A stretch of 51,558 nt of DNA from Kiritimatiellota bacterium (GCA_009777165.1 WRML01000001.1:1-51558), one strand, 5' to 3'; numbered from the stretch's first letter, positions 27,509 to 35,750 are shown. The notes: generated by a model not told the origin, from the sequence alone. Program-made: numbers and translations.

Positions 27509-27624
27509 ATTAGGAATTAGGAATTAGAAATTAGGAATGAAAGAAGTTTCCAGTTTCCAGTTTCCAGTTGTCGATGGCTGTCGAAACCAGTAACTCCTAA
27601 CTCCTACTTCCTCATTCCTAACTC
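27509..27624. repeat. junction hairpin element
   Basis: (TTAGGAA)x4 arm, (GTTTCCA)x3, GTCGATGGCTGTCGAAA core, inverted CTCCTAACTCCTACTTCCTCATTCCTAACTCC arm. Confidence 0.85.
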
Positions 27625-28536
27625 CTACGGTTCCGGGGTTGCGGTCTCGACGAGGCGGACCAGCGTCTGCCGCCCGTCCTCGCCCGGGTCGCCGACGGCG
27701 ACGCCGAAGTTGCTCTCGACGGACATCGAGGTCTTGCCGGTCGCGATCTCCGTCGCGACGACGGTGTTGAACGCGAAGCCCGTCGAGCCGTCCTGGCTCG
27801 TCTCGAACACGTCGTAGATGTCCGTGCGCAGGGGCCGCAGGAGGCGGCTCGCGCCGGCCAGCGCGGACGGGTAGGCGATGAAGCCGGGGATCGTCAGGTT
27901 CGGCGCCTCCACGAAGTCGCGGAAGCCGAACAGCCCGGGCAGGTGCCCGCTGAGGATTGCCTCGCGCCCGCCGTACACGCTCGCGTCCAGGTCCACCAGC
28001 AGCGCGGTGAAGTACGCGGGGTTCAGCACCACCACGCAGTCGCCCGGCGCCATGCCGTTGCGCGTCACGAGCGCGCGCAGCGCCCCGACCTTCCCCTTGT
28101 TGAACGCCGCCAGCGTGACGACCTCCTCCTCCGGGAAGTTCGCCGCGGTGACCAGCCCGAACATCGCGTTGACGATCTTCAGGCCCACCGAGCGCGCGTT
28201 CAGCCGCGCCTTGCCCTCCCAGTACGTCGGCTGGAAGGTGGCGACCTGCACGGGGCTGACCGCGAAGCCCGCGATCGGCCGCTGGCTGATGGTCACCTTC
28301 GTGTCCTTCAGCGTCGCGACGGGGCGGATGTAGTTGTTGGCGGCGTCGTCCCACTCCTCCGCTTCGTCGGCCTTCACCAGCGGCACCACGACGGTCTCGC
28401 CGGAATGGTTGATGAATTCGCTGGAGAAGTCCAGCGAGAAGCTGCCGATGCGCTCGAGCTCCAGCTCGATGCACTCGATGAAGCGGCTGGTGTACACCTG
28501 CGCCGCCGTGTTCAGGTCTGTCTGCACAGTATTCAT
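27625..28536 (-). CDS. major capsid protein
   Basis: 303 aa directly downstream of the protease/scaffold gene, with AAGGA upstream. Called by size and position. Confidence 0.6.
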   Translation of the reverse strand: MNTVQTDLNTAAQVYTSRFIECIELELERIGSFSLDFSSEFINHSGETVVVPLVKADEAEEWDDAANNYIRPVATLKDTKVTISQRPIAGFAVSPVQVATFQPTYWEGKARLNARSVGLKIVNAMFGLVTAANFPEEEVVTLAAFNKGKVGALRALVTRNGMAPGDCVVVLNPAYFTALLVDLDASVYGGREAILSGHLPGLFGFRDFVEAPNLTIPGFIAYPSALAGASRLLRPLRTDIYDVFETSQDGSTGFAFNTVVATEIATGKTSMSVESNFGVAVGDPGEDGRQTLVRLVETATPEP

Positions 28537-28546
28537 AACGTTTCCT

Positions 28547-29446
28547 TTACTTTTTCTCCTCGGTGCGGATGCGGTTGATCTCCGCCGCGTGGTTCCTGAG
28601 GAACTCGCGTTTCGCCTTGCCCGGGGGCAGGGCGTCGTACTCCTGCGCGCGGTTCAGCACCGGCGCGGGCGCGGCGGCCGGCGCGGGCCGCCGGTTCCAG
28701 AACGGCGTCTGCTTCGGCGCGTCCAGGTCAAGCTGCGCCACGAGCGCCTTGGCGGCCTCGCGGTTCTTGACGTAGAGCGCCTTGAACGCCTCGCGGTTCT
28801 TGATCGCGCCGCCGGCGCGGTTGGCGATCTCCTCCGCCTCCCTCCCGGCGGCCTCGTCCTGCAGGGCCGCCATGCCTTCGGTGAGGCTGGCGATCGCGGC
28901 GAGGATGTCCTCCTCCGCCGCCGTCTCCGGCAGCCCCAGCGCAAGCGCTATCTTCGTGTAGTCCATAATTGGACCTCCATTTTGGCCCGGGGGCGTGGCC
29001 GCCCCCGGCGATCTGTTCAACACCGGGGCCACCGGCAGATTGGGCTTGTTGATGAGCGCGACGCTGACGAGGCGGTCGGGCCTCCCGTCCTTGTCGAGCG
29101 TCCACCCTGGCGAGACGAAGCGGTAGCCGCGCCCGTTCACCGCCGCCGCGCCCTCTGGCGTGAAGCGGAAGTCCCCGTAGAGCCCGCCCGCCTCGACCGC
29201 GAGGTTGCCGCACCATGCGGCCGCGCGCGTGCTGCCGCCCTCCTCGGCGGCGTGGTCGAAGTCCACCAGCACCTCCGCCGCCGAGTTGCGCGCGACGGCC
29301 TCGAACGCGGCGCGGTCGCACACCTGCACGACGTTCTCGGGCTTGCCGCCCGCGCCCTCGCGGACGTTCGGGTAGCGGCCGAACGGCGCGATCTGCACCC
29401 TCAGCACGCCGCTCTCCGGCACTCTCGTCATTTTCGTCTCGTTCAT
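28547..29446 (-). CDS. Mu gpI-like prohead protease / scaffold
   Basis: ATG 29446 behind GGAGGAAG. VDFDHAAEEGGSTRAAAWCGNLAVEAGGLYGDFRFTPEGAAAVNGRGYRFVSPGW matches the gpI family pattern. Coiled-coil C-terminal half. Confidence 0.7.
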   Translation of the reverse strand: MNETKMTRVPESGVLRVQIAPFGRYPNVREGAGGKPENVVQVCDRAAFEAVARNSAAEVLVDFDHAAEEGGSTRAAAWCGNLAVEAGGLYGDFRFTPEGAAAVNGRGYRFVSPGWTLDKDGRPDRLVSVALINKPNLPVAPVLNRSPGAATPPGQNGGPIMDYTKIALALGLPETAAEEDILAAIASLTEGMAALQDEAAGREAEEIANRAGGAIKNREAFKALYVKNREAAKALVAQLDLDAPKQTPFWNRRPAPAAAPAPVLNRAQEYDALPPGKAKREFLRNHAAEINRIRTEEKK

Positions 29447-29623
29447 GGTTGACTTCCTCCAACGGGTTGTGCTACTCTCAAAATCACTGGCGGGAAACCC
29501 CCTGCTCCTAACCAATACGTGTTGCGGGGATGTGTAGGTGGGAATCTGGACTGGCGAAAGCCGACGAGGGTCAGCCCCATCAACCTGCCTTTAGGCGCTC
29601 TGGAGTCTCTCCAAGGCGCCATT

Positions 29624-32308
29624 TTAGTTTTCACCACGCGCATGATACTTCCCTCCACTTTTGTACCGTTTAAACTCGCCCTCGGTGATAGACCCGTAAC
29701 TGGTAATCAGCAACCGCCCGTCACGTTTCTTGGTCAGGACCGCGGCCTTGTCGCCGTGAATCAGGTAGAGCTTGCCGCGGTCCTTGTCGTGTTTGTAGGC
29801 CTCGCCCTGCTGCAGGACGCCTGGCAGCCCGCGGACAGCGTCCTTGCCGTGCTTGGCTTGGATGTGGCTCAGCCCGTGGCCGCCTTTGTGTTCGTTTGCG
29901 GGGTTGCCTGGCGCGCCGTAGTCCATCCCGATCCATCCCGTGTCCCGGCGGTACATCGCCTTCGGCTCCGCGCCTTTCCCGGCGGAGAGGATGCCCGTCG
30001 CGACGGATGCCCCGCGCTTCTGGTTCAGCCCCGGGTCCGCCGCCAGCCTCCCCTCGTCCGCCGTGCCGTGGCCGTCGCTTGAGCCCTTGGTCTCATGCTC
30101 GCGCGGGCGCCCCCCCCCTGTCCGGTCGCCGCCGCCCTCGGCGAACGTCCCGTCCGCCTCGCGGTTCGGGTTCCCGTTCATCACGGGCGGCGTTTCCTCC
30201 GGCGCGGCCGCGCCGGCATACGCCCGCGCGGCATCCTCCTCAAAGACCTTCTCCAGCGCGGTCGGCTTCTTGGCGGCCGCCGTGATTGCGCCGTCCAGCT
30301 CCTCCGCCAAGGCGTTGAGAAGTTGAGAAGTTGAGGAATTGAGAAGTTGAGAAGTTCCAACTTCTAAACTTTTCAACTTCTCTACTTCTGTACTTTTCAA
30401 CTTCTCAACTTCTGTACTTTTCGACTTCTCAACTTCTGTACTTTTTAACTTCTCAACTTCCCTCATCTTTTCCATCAGCTCTTTCGCCTTCTCGCGCCAC
30501 GGGGCCATGTCCTCGCTTAAGGCGGCCATGGCGGCCTGTGCCGCGTCCGCGCCGCGGGGGGTGTCCTTGCCCGCCCCGCCCCCCTCCGGGCGTTTTGCAA
30601 CGGGTTCTCGCCGTTTTGCAACGGGGTCGCGGTTGAGAAGTCGAGAAGTTGAGGAATTGAGGAGTCGAGAAGTTGAGGAATTGAGAAGTTGAGAAGTTGA
30701 GGAATCTAAAAGTCGAGAAGTTGAGGAATCTAAAAGTCGAGAAGTTGAGGAATCTAAAAGTCGAGAAGTTGAGGAATTGAGAAGTTGAGAAGTTGAGGAA
30801 TCTAAAAGTCGAGAAGTTGAGGAATCTAAAAGTCGAGAAGTTGAGGAATCTAAAAGTCGAGAAGTTGAGGAATCTAAAAGTCGAGAAGTTGAGGAATCTA
30901 AAAGTTGAGAAGTTGAGGAATTGAGAAGTTGAGAAGTTCCAACTTCTAAACTTTTTAACTTCTCTACTTCTGTACTTTTCAACTTTTCAACTTCTGTGCT
31001 TCTCACCGTCCAGCCGCTGCGCTCGCTCACCTCGGCGGGGTCGACGGCCAGCCCGGCGGCGGCGGCCTTGCCGGCGGTGGCGAAGACCTCGTCGGCGGTG
31101 GGCTGGCTCTCGGTCTCGAAGTCGAACGCCGCGAGGTGGGGGCGGCCGGGGAACGCGGCGTCGAGCAGCCGGTCCGTGACCTGCCGGTTGATCGCCGAGG
31201 CGATGACGGCCGCGTCGCGGCGGACGATGCTCTTCCACGTGTCGGCGTGGACGCCGCTGGCGCCCTGCCCGATGCCCGTGGGCCCGGAGAGGCTGGTGAA
31301 CACCCCCCCCGTCGCCATCAGCACGACCAGCTCCTGCTGGTGCTGGATGAACTGCGCGAACGGGCTCTGGGCCCGCGCGGCGTCCGCGTACTTCACGTCC
31401 GACCCGGCGGGCAGCGCGCCGCTGCCGCCGTCCGCCACCTTCTCCGCCGCGGCCATCCACTCGCGCTGCCGGGACGGGTCCGTCTCCGGCGGCATGATGA
31501 TGATGACGGGCGGGATGCCGTAGCGCTCCACGAACATGCCCCACTTTTTCTCCCCCAGCGCCGCGCGCACGTAGATGCCCAGCGCGGGGTAGTTGACGTG
31601 CCTCGCGCGCACCAGCGAGCAGAGCTCGCCCGGCCCGACCGGCACCACGCGCCCCGTGGCGAACTGCGTCAGCACGCCGTCCGCCTCCGGGTTCCAGTAC
31701 CACTGCCCCGTGCGGGGGTCGCGCACGAAGTTCCAGCTGTCGAAAAGCTCGAAGCGGTCCACGCCGCGCCCGCCGTCGGCCCACACCGGCGCCGTGTGGG
31801 CGAAGCCCCGGAAGAACGCCGTCGCCAGCCGCTCGACCGCCTCCCAGAGGTTCGCGTCCTCGAGGTCCCCGAACACGCCCAGCAGGAAGTCCTCCTGCTC
31901 GCGCGCCAGCCCCTCCAGCCCGTTCAGCCGGGAGGCCTTGCCGGACTTCACGCGGACGGTCCAGTCCAGGTCCGCCATCGCCCCCCCGCGCCGCTCGGTG
32001 CAGATGAAGAGCGTGGGGTCCGCGGCCTCGATCTCGTTGTAGAGCCACTGGAGGCGCACGGTGTTGCCGAGGCGGGCGGCGTCGTAGATCGCCTGGGCCT
32101 CGCGCAGGGTCAGGTTGCGCAGCGGGTTCGTCGCCTCGATCCACGCGGCGGCGTTCCGGTAGGCGCGGCCGGGCCCGCGCTCGAGCGCGAACGGGGCGGC
32201 GCCGCCCCCTTTTGAAAGGGGGGGGCGGTATATGCGCCCCTCCGAAGGATGGGGAAATTCCGCCGGGGGTTTGTTCTTCCGGGGGTCCGGTCTCGGATGC
32301 TTGCTCAC
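29624..32308 (-). CDS. portal protein (DUF935 / Mu gp29-like) with two in-frame repeat blocks and a ~300-aa C-terminal extension
   Basis: GTG 32308 overlaps the terminase stop (GTGA). N-terminal ~445 aa are portal-like (NLTLREAQAIYDAARLGN...). Continuous 894-aa frame through 30314..30996. Confidence 0.7.
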   Translation of the reverse strand: MSKHPRPDPRKNKPPAEFPHPSEGRIYRPPLSKGGGAAPFALERGPGRAYRNAAAWIEATNPLRNLTLREAQAIYDAARLGNTVRLQWLYNEIEAADPTLFICTERRGGAMADLDWTVRVKSGKASRLNGLEGLAREQEDFLLGVFGDLEDANLWEAVERLATAFFRGFAHTAPVWADGGRGVDRFELFDSWNFVRDPRTGQWYWNPEADGVLTQFATGRVVPVGPGELCSLVRARHVNYPALGIYVRAALGEKKWGMFVERYGIPPVIIIMPPETDPSRQREWMAAAEKVADGGSGALPAGSDVKYADAARAQSPFAQFIQHQQELVVLMATGGVFTSLSGPTGIGQGASGVHADTWKSIVRRDAAVIASAINRQVTDRLLDAAFPGRPHLAAFDFETESQPTADEVFATAGKAAAAGLAVDPAEVSERSGWTVRSTEVEKLKSTEVEKLKSLEVGTSQLLNSSTSQLLDSSTSRLLDSSTSRLLDSSTSRLLDSSTSRLLDSSTSQLLNSSTSRLLDSSTSRLLDSSTSRLLDSSTSQLLNSSTSRLLNSSTSRLLNRDPVAKRREPVAKRPEGGGAGKDTPRGADAAQAAMAALSEDMAPWREKAKELMEKMREVEKLKSTEVEKSKSTEVEKLKSTEVEKLKSLEVGTSQLLNSSTSQLLNALAEELDGAITAAAKKPTALEKVFEEDAARAYAGAAAPEETPPVMNGNPNREADGTFAEGGGDRTGGGRPREHETKGSSDGHGTADEGRLAADPGLNQKRGASVATGILSAGKGAEPKAMYRRDTGWIGMDYGAPGNPANEHKGGHGLSHIQAKHGKDAVRGLPGVLQQGEAYKHDKDRGKLYLIHGDKAAVLTKKRDGRLLITSYGSITEGEFKRYKSGGKYHARGEN
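30314..30462. repeat. octamer-repeat hairpin block 1 inside the portal ORF
   Basis: GTTGAGAAGTTGAGAAGTTGAGGAATTGAGAAGTTGAGAAGT turns at TCC into AACTTCTAAACTTTTCAACTTCTC... (about 100 nt). Confidence 0.85.
30632..30996. repeat. 24-nt tandem repeat / hairpin block 2 inside the portal ORF
   Basis: About 12 units of GAGGAATCTAAAAGTCGAGAAGTT and variants. The same GAGAAGTTCCAACTTCTAAAC turn as block 1, then a short inverted arm. Confidence 0.9.
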
Positions 32309-33639
32309 AGGCTGCTCCTCCTCTCGAATGCCACGGGCTTGAACGCCGGGCCGCCGCCCGATCCGACAGCCCGCAATGCCAGCGCGAGCGCGGTGCAGCG
32401 GTCGCTGTGGCCTTCCTTCGTGCGGCGCGCCTCGTAGCTGTACTCGCCGTTCTTGACGATCTGCTGCATCTCGTGCAGGTCCTCGCGCACCTCGACGTCC
32501 ACGGGTACGCGCACCTTGACGGGTGCCTCGAACGCGCGGCGCAGCTTGGGGAAGATGTCGCGCTTGAATTGCGTGGTGAATGTGCAGAGCTCGGCCTTGC
32601 CGAACCGGTGTTTGGCGGGGTCATACGCGCCGACGGCCTTCTCGACGTGGTCGCCGAAGCCGATGCCGGGACCCGTATAGTCCAGGCACGCGCGCCGTGA
32701 GGCGCGGATACGCGGTATCAGCACCGCCTCCTGGTCAGGGGTGGGCATGTCGCGAAGTACCAGTACCTCGCGCGTCCAGTAAACGTCCCCGACCTTCTCC
32801 AGTGTCCAGCACACGGTCGGGTCGTTGCTGCGCCCGAAGTCAATGCCGAGGTAAAGCGCCGCGCACGACTCCGGGGCGAAGATCGCGGGGTCGGCGAACG
32901 TGCTCGCGGACGCGCTCTCCGCCAGCGCGATGATGTCGTAGGGCAGGAGGCAGTTGGACGAGTCCAGGAACTCGCACATGTACTCCTGCGCCCATGCGGT
33001 CTCGTCGTCAATCGCCTCGCGCAGCGCGTTGACGTTCGTGCCGAGCGCGGGCGCCGCGTCGAGGATTGTTGTCTTGTGGACACTCCAAGACTTGGCATCA
33101 TTGCACAGTTTGTAAAACCTCGCGCCGCGCCCGCCCTTGCCGTTGGCGGTCGAGGAGATGAACATCTCCTTCAGCCCCCGCAGCGGATTCGAGACGGACG
33201 GGAAGATCGCCCGCCACGTCGCGTCCGGGTCCTCGAAGAACGCGAACTCGTCCATCCACACGTGCGCCGAGAACCCGCGCACGGTGTCCGGATTGCTCGG
33301 CACGGCGATGATTCGGGACTTGTTCGCGAACACGATGGTGGCGGACCTCATCAGCGCGCCGGGCGCGTCGCGCTCGTCGAGCTGCTCGGCGATGGCGAAC
33401 GCGAACGCCTCGCACCAGTCGCGGCACTTCAGCACCGCCTCGTAGCTCTGCCGCTCGGAGGGCGACACGATCAGCACATCCGTCTTGGGCTGGATCATCG
33501 CTTTTCTGACGCACCTTGCCGCGCCCGTGAAGCTCTTGCCGATCTGGCGCGACGCCAGCCACACGGCGAACCGCGCGGGGTCGTCGTACACGTTCCGCTG
33601 AAACGGCAGCATCAGGTCTAACGGGCTAACCGCGCTCAT
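32305..33639 (-). CDS. terminase large subunit (Mu gp28-like)
   Basis: 444 aa. LASRQIGKSF Walker-A-like block. Placed upstream of the portal with overlapping stop/start. Confidence 0.75.
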   Translation of the reverse strand: MSAVSPLDLMLPFQRNVYDDPARFAVWLASRQIGKSFTGAARCVRKAMIQPKTDVLIVSPSERQSYEAVLKCRDWCEAFAFAIAEQLDERDAPGALMRSATIVFANKSRIIAVPSNPDTVRGFSAHVWMDEFAFFEDPDATWRAIFPSVSNPLRGLKEMFISSTANGKGGRGARFYKLCNDAKSWSVHKTTILDAAPALGTNVNALREAIDDETAWAQEYMCEFLDSSNCLLPYDIIALAESASASTFADPAIFAPESCAALYLGIDFGRSNDPTVCWTLEKVGDVYWTREVLVLRDMPTPDQEAVLIPRIRASRRACLDYTGPGIGFGDHVEKAVGAYDPAKHRFGKAELCTFTTQFKRDIFPKLRRAFEAPVKVRVPVDVEVREDLHEMQQIVKNGEYSYEARRTKEGHSDRCTALALALRAVGSGGGPAFKPVAFERRSSL

Positions 33640-33658
33640 GGCTTCCTCCCTTTTTCCT

Positions 33659-33727
33659 CACACGAAGGTACGAAGGACACGAAGGATTTTTTATATCCCC
33701 CTTTGTGTCCTTTGTGCCTTTGTGTGA
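33659..33727. repeat. junction hairpin element (CGAAGG-type arms)
   Basis: CACACGAAGGTACGAAGGACACGAAGG faces CCTTTGTGTCCTTTGTGCCTTTGTGTG; pairing needs G-T wobbles. Confidence 0.75.
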
Positions 33728-33742
33728 GCATTCCACTTCGCT

Positions 33743-34477
33743 TCATAGCCCGAAAATCTCCTTCATCTTCGCGGTGCGCTCCTCGTCGGTCAGCGTCTCG
33801 TTGGCGACGATCTGCTTGGCCTCGGCGAGCCTCCGCTCCGCGGCCTCGAACTTCTCGCGCGCCAGCTTCAGTTGCTCGTCTTTCGTCTCCTGGGCGCGGG
33901 CCTTGAGCTCCAGCTCTTTCGCCTTGGACTGCCCGGCGGCGATGTCCATCGCCATCTGCGTGTAGCGGACGGCGGTCCGGGCGTCGCCCTGGAGCGCGAG
34001 GTCGGCGGCGAGGGACTTGTACGCGTCGATCAGGAGCCGGTCGGTGGAGACGGTGGCGGCGAGCGTGCCGATCTCCTCCTTGGCGATGATGGCCTGCTCG
34101 ACCTTGTGCGCGGACTCCATGCCGCGCATCCGCCCCGCCCAGTTGTAGAGCGATGTCCGCGACGGCTGCGGGACCTTGTGCTCCTCCTCCACGAACTTGG
34201 CGACCGAATACCACGGCGACCGCCGGAACAGGTCGTACACCTGCCACCGCTGGGCGTCCGTCAGACGGGCGTCCCACGCGTCGCACCGCGCCTTCGCCCT
34301 TGACGGGGGCGGGGGGTTCGAGGGATTAGGGGTTAAGGGGTTAAGGGGTTCAGGGGTTAAGGGGTTAAGGGGATTAGGGGTTAAGGATTCGATTGCCGTC
34401 GAGGGCTGTCGATTGCCATCGAGGGCTGTCGAGCCTGAACCCCTGAACCCCTTAACCCCTAACCCTGAACCCCTCAT
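33743..34477 (-). CDS. DNA-binding / small-terminase-like protein (Mu gp27-like)
   Basis: The only in-frame start is ATG 34477 (ATGA overlap with the upstream stop), so ~60 N-terminal codons are read from the repeat hairpin 34311..34474. The body has an HTH-like RWQVYDLFRRSPWYSVAKFV segment and a coiled coil. Confidence 0.45.
   Translation of the reverse strand: MRGSGLGVKGFRGSGSTALDGNRQPSTAIESLTPNPLNPLTPEPLNPLTPNPSNPPPPSRAKARCDAWDARLTDAQRWQVYDLFRRSPWYSVAKFVEEEHKVPQPSRTSLYNWAGRMRGMESAHKVEQAIIAKEEIGTLAATVSTDRLLIDAYKSLAADLALQGDARTAVRYTQMAMDIAAGQSKAKELELKARAQETKDEQLKLAREKFEAAERRLAEAKQIVANETLTDEERTAKMKEIFGL
34311..34474. repeat. hairpin element with GGGGTTAA-type arms, read as coding
   Basis: (GGGGTTAA/GGGGTTCA/GGGGATTA)x8 arm, (TCGATTGCCNTCGAGGGCTG)x2 core, inverted CCTGAACCCCTGAACCCCTTAACCCCTAACCCTGAACCCC arm. 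Confidence 0.85.
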
Positions 34478-34743
34478 ATCGCCTCCATCGCGTCGCTCCC
34501 GTCGGGCGTGATGCCCCACGTCTCCATCCCGGTGTAGCTGTTGGTGCGCTTCATGACCCACCCGCGGTCGCGGAGGGTGAAGAAGACGCGCTCGCGCTCG
34601 GCGGTCGTCAGGGGCCGCCCGACCGCGCTCTGCGCGACGTCCATCAGCGAGTCCTTCGCCATGCCGTCGGGCGCGACCCGCGCCAGCGCGGCCAGCGCCT
34701 GCTTGCAGACGGCGGCCGTCTGCGGGTCCATGGGCTTGCTCAT
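34474..34743 (-). CDS. hypothetical phage protein (89 aa)
   Basis: ATG 34743 overlaps the upstream stop (ATGA). MSKPMDPQTAAVCKQALAAL... Confidence 0.5.
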   Translation of the reverse strand: MSKPMDPQTAAVCKQALAALARVAPDGMAKDSLMDVAQSAVGRPLTTAERERVFFTLRDRGWVMKRTNSYTGMETWGITPDGSDAMEAI

Positions 34744-35168
34744 CGTGCGCCCCCTTTCGTCATGATGATGTCCAGCTTCTTGTCCATGCTGTCCACCTGC
34801 TTGCCCATCGAGGTGATGAGCCCGCGCATCTCCGAGCCCTGGTCGCGGACGCCGTTGACCTTCTCGTAGATGTCCTTGATGCAGTCGTCCGCGGCCTTGC
34901 AGCGGATGGCGCACTCGCTGCGCTTGGCGCACAGCTCGATCTCCCGGGTGAGCCTCCCGTCCATCGCGTCGAGCTTCCTGGAGAGCCCGTCGATGTCCGC
35001 CTTTGTGGCCGCCTCCGGCGCGAGCGTGACGGAGACGGGCTGGCCCGCGATCGTCGCCTCCGTCTTCTGGTTGCGCGCCTTCACCCAGCCGACCGCCGCG
35101 TTGATGATCTGCGTCAGCATCGCGCCCGTCAGGAACATCCCGCCGTTTGTCATCAGGTCCGTGTCCAT
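34740..35168 (-). CDS. first late-operon gene: TM plus coiled-coil protein (Mu gp25 / DUF2730-like)
   Basis: 142 aa. GGMFLTGAMLTQIINAAVGWV hydrophobic segment followed by a coiled coil. Confidence 0.45.
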   Translation of the reverse strand: MDTDLMTNGGMFLTGAMLTQIINAAVGWVKARNQKTEATIAGQPVSVTLAPEAATKADIDGLSRKLDAMDGRLTREIELCAKRSECAIRCKAADDCIKDIYEKVNGVRDQGSEMRGLITSMGKQVDSMDKKLDIIMTKGGAR

Positions 35169-35305
35169 AACGCCTAACTCCTCATTTCTAATTCCTCATT
35201 CCTAATTAAAAAGGTCCCGGCGCACCCGCAGGAAGACGGGGGCGGATGTGGACGCGCGCGGGTGTGTGGTGTCCGCGCGGCCGGGCGTCCAATGCGGAGT
35301 GCGGA

Positions 35306-35430
35306 GGTAATAGGTGATAGGTAATAGGTGATAGGTGATAAGCGCCTAGCTTGCGAAGCACTGCACTTATTACCTATTACTTCTGACCTATTACTTCTGG
35401 CCTCTGACCTCTGACATCTGACATCTGACT
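35306..35430. repeat. hairpin element in the late control region
   Basis: GGTAATAGGTGATAGGTAATAGGTGATAGGTGATAAG faces CTTATTACCTATTACTTCTGACCTATTAC, followed by (CTGACNT)x4. Confidence 0.8.
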
Positions 35431-35638
35431 TATGCTTTGCCTTCATGCGCCGTATAGTAGCACGGCGGGGGCAAAGCGCAACCGCCCGGCGTGCCCGTTG
35501 TGCAATTCCGGCAATTCCCGCAAGTCCGGCTCGTTTTGCACGAACGGGAATTACCGCTCGTTTTGGCTTGACCCGCTGATTTTCAGGACGGCAGGATGGG
35601 GGTGCCCTCCCCGCCCCCGGCGGAGCCGGGGGCGGGGG

Positions 35639-35676
35639 CAATTGACAATTGACAATTGACAATTGAGAATTGAGAA
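35639..35676. repeat. CAATTGA heptamer array (3x TTGACA, 2x TTGAGA)
   Basis: CAATTGACAATTGACAATTGACAATTGAGAATTGAGAA. Confidence 0.85.
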
Positions 35677-35750
35677 CGCACTTTTGTTAGAGAGTCAACA
35701 AGAAGTTGCTAGGATTTTTATGAAAACGTTAGGGGAAAGACTGCGGATAG

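Noticed and set aside
30632-30996. The 24-nt tandem repeats in the portal as a second CRISPR-like array.
   Set aside because: There are no unique spacers between the units. The block is pure tandem repeat in a continuous reading frame.
34311-34474. Telomere-like GGGGTTAA / TTAGGAA repeats as evidence of a linear replicon end or telomerase-type synthesis.
   Set aside because: The repeats are internal, occur as inverted arms around cores, and sit between or inside genes of an integrated prophage. No reverse transcriptase or protelomerase is present.
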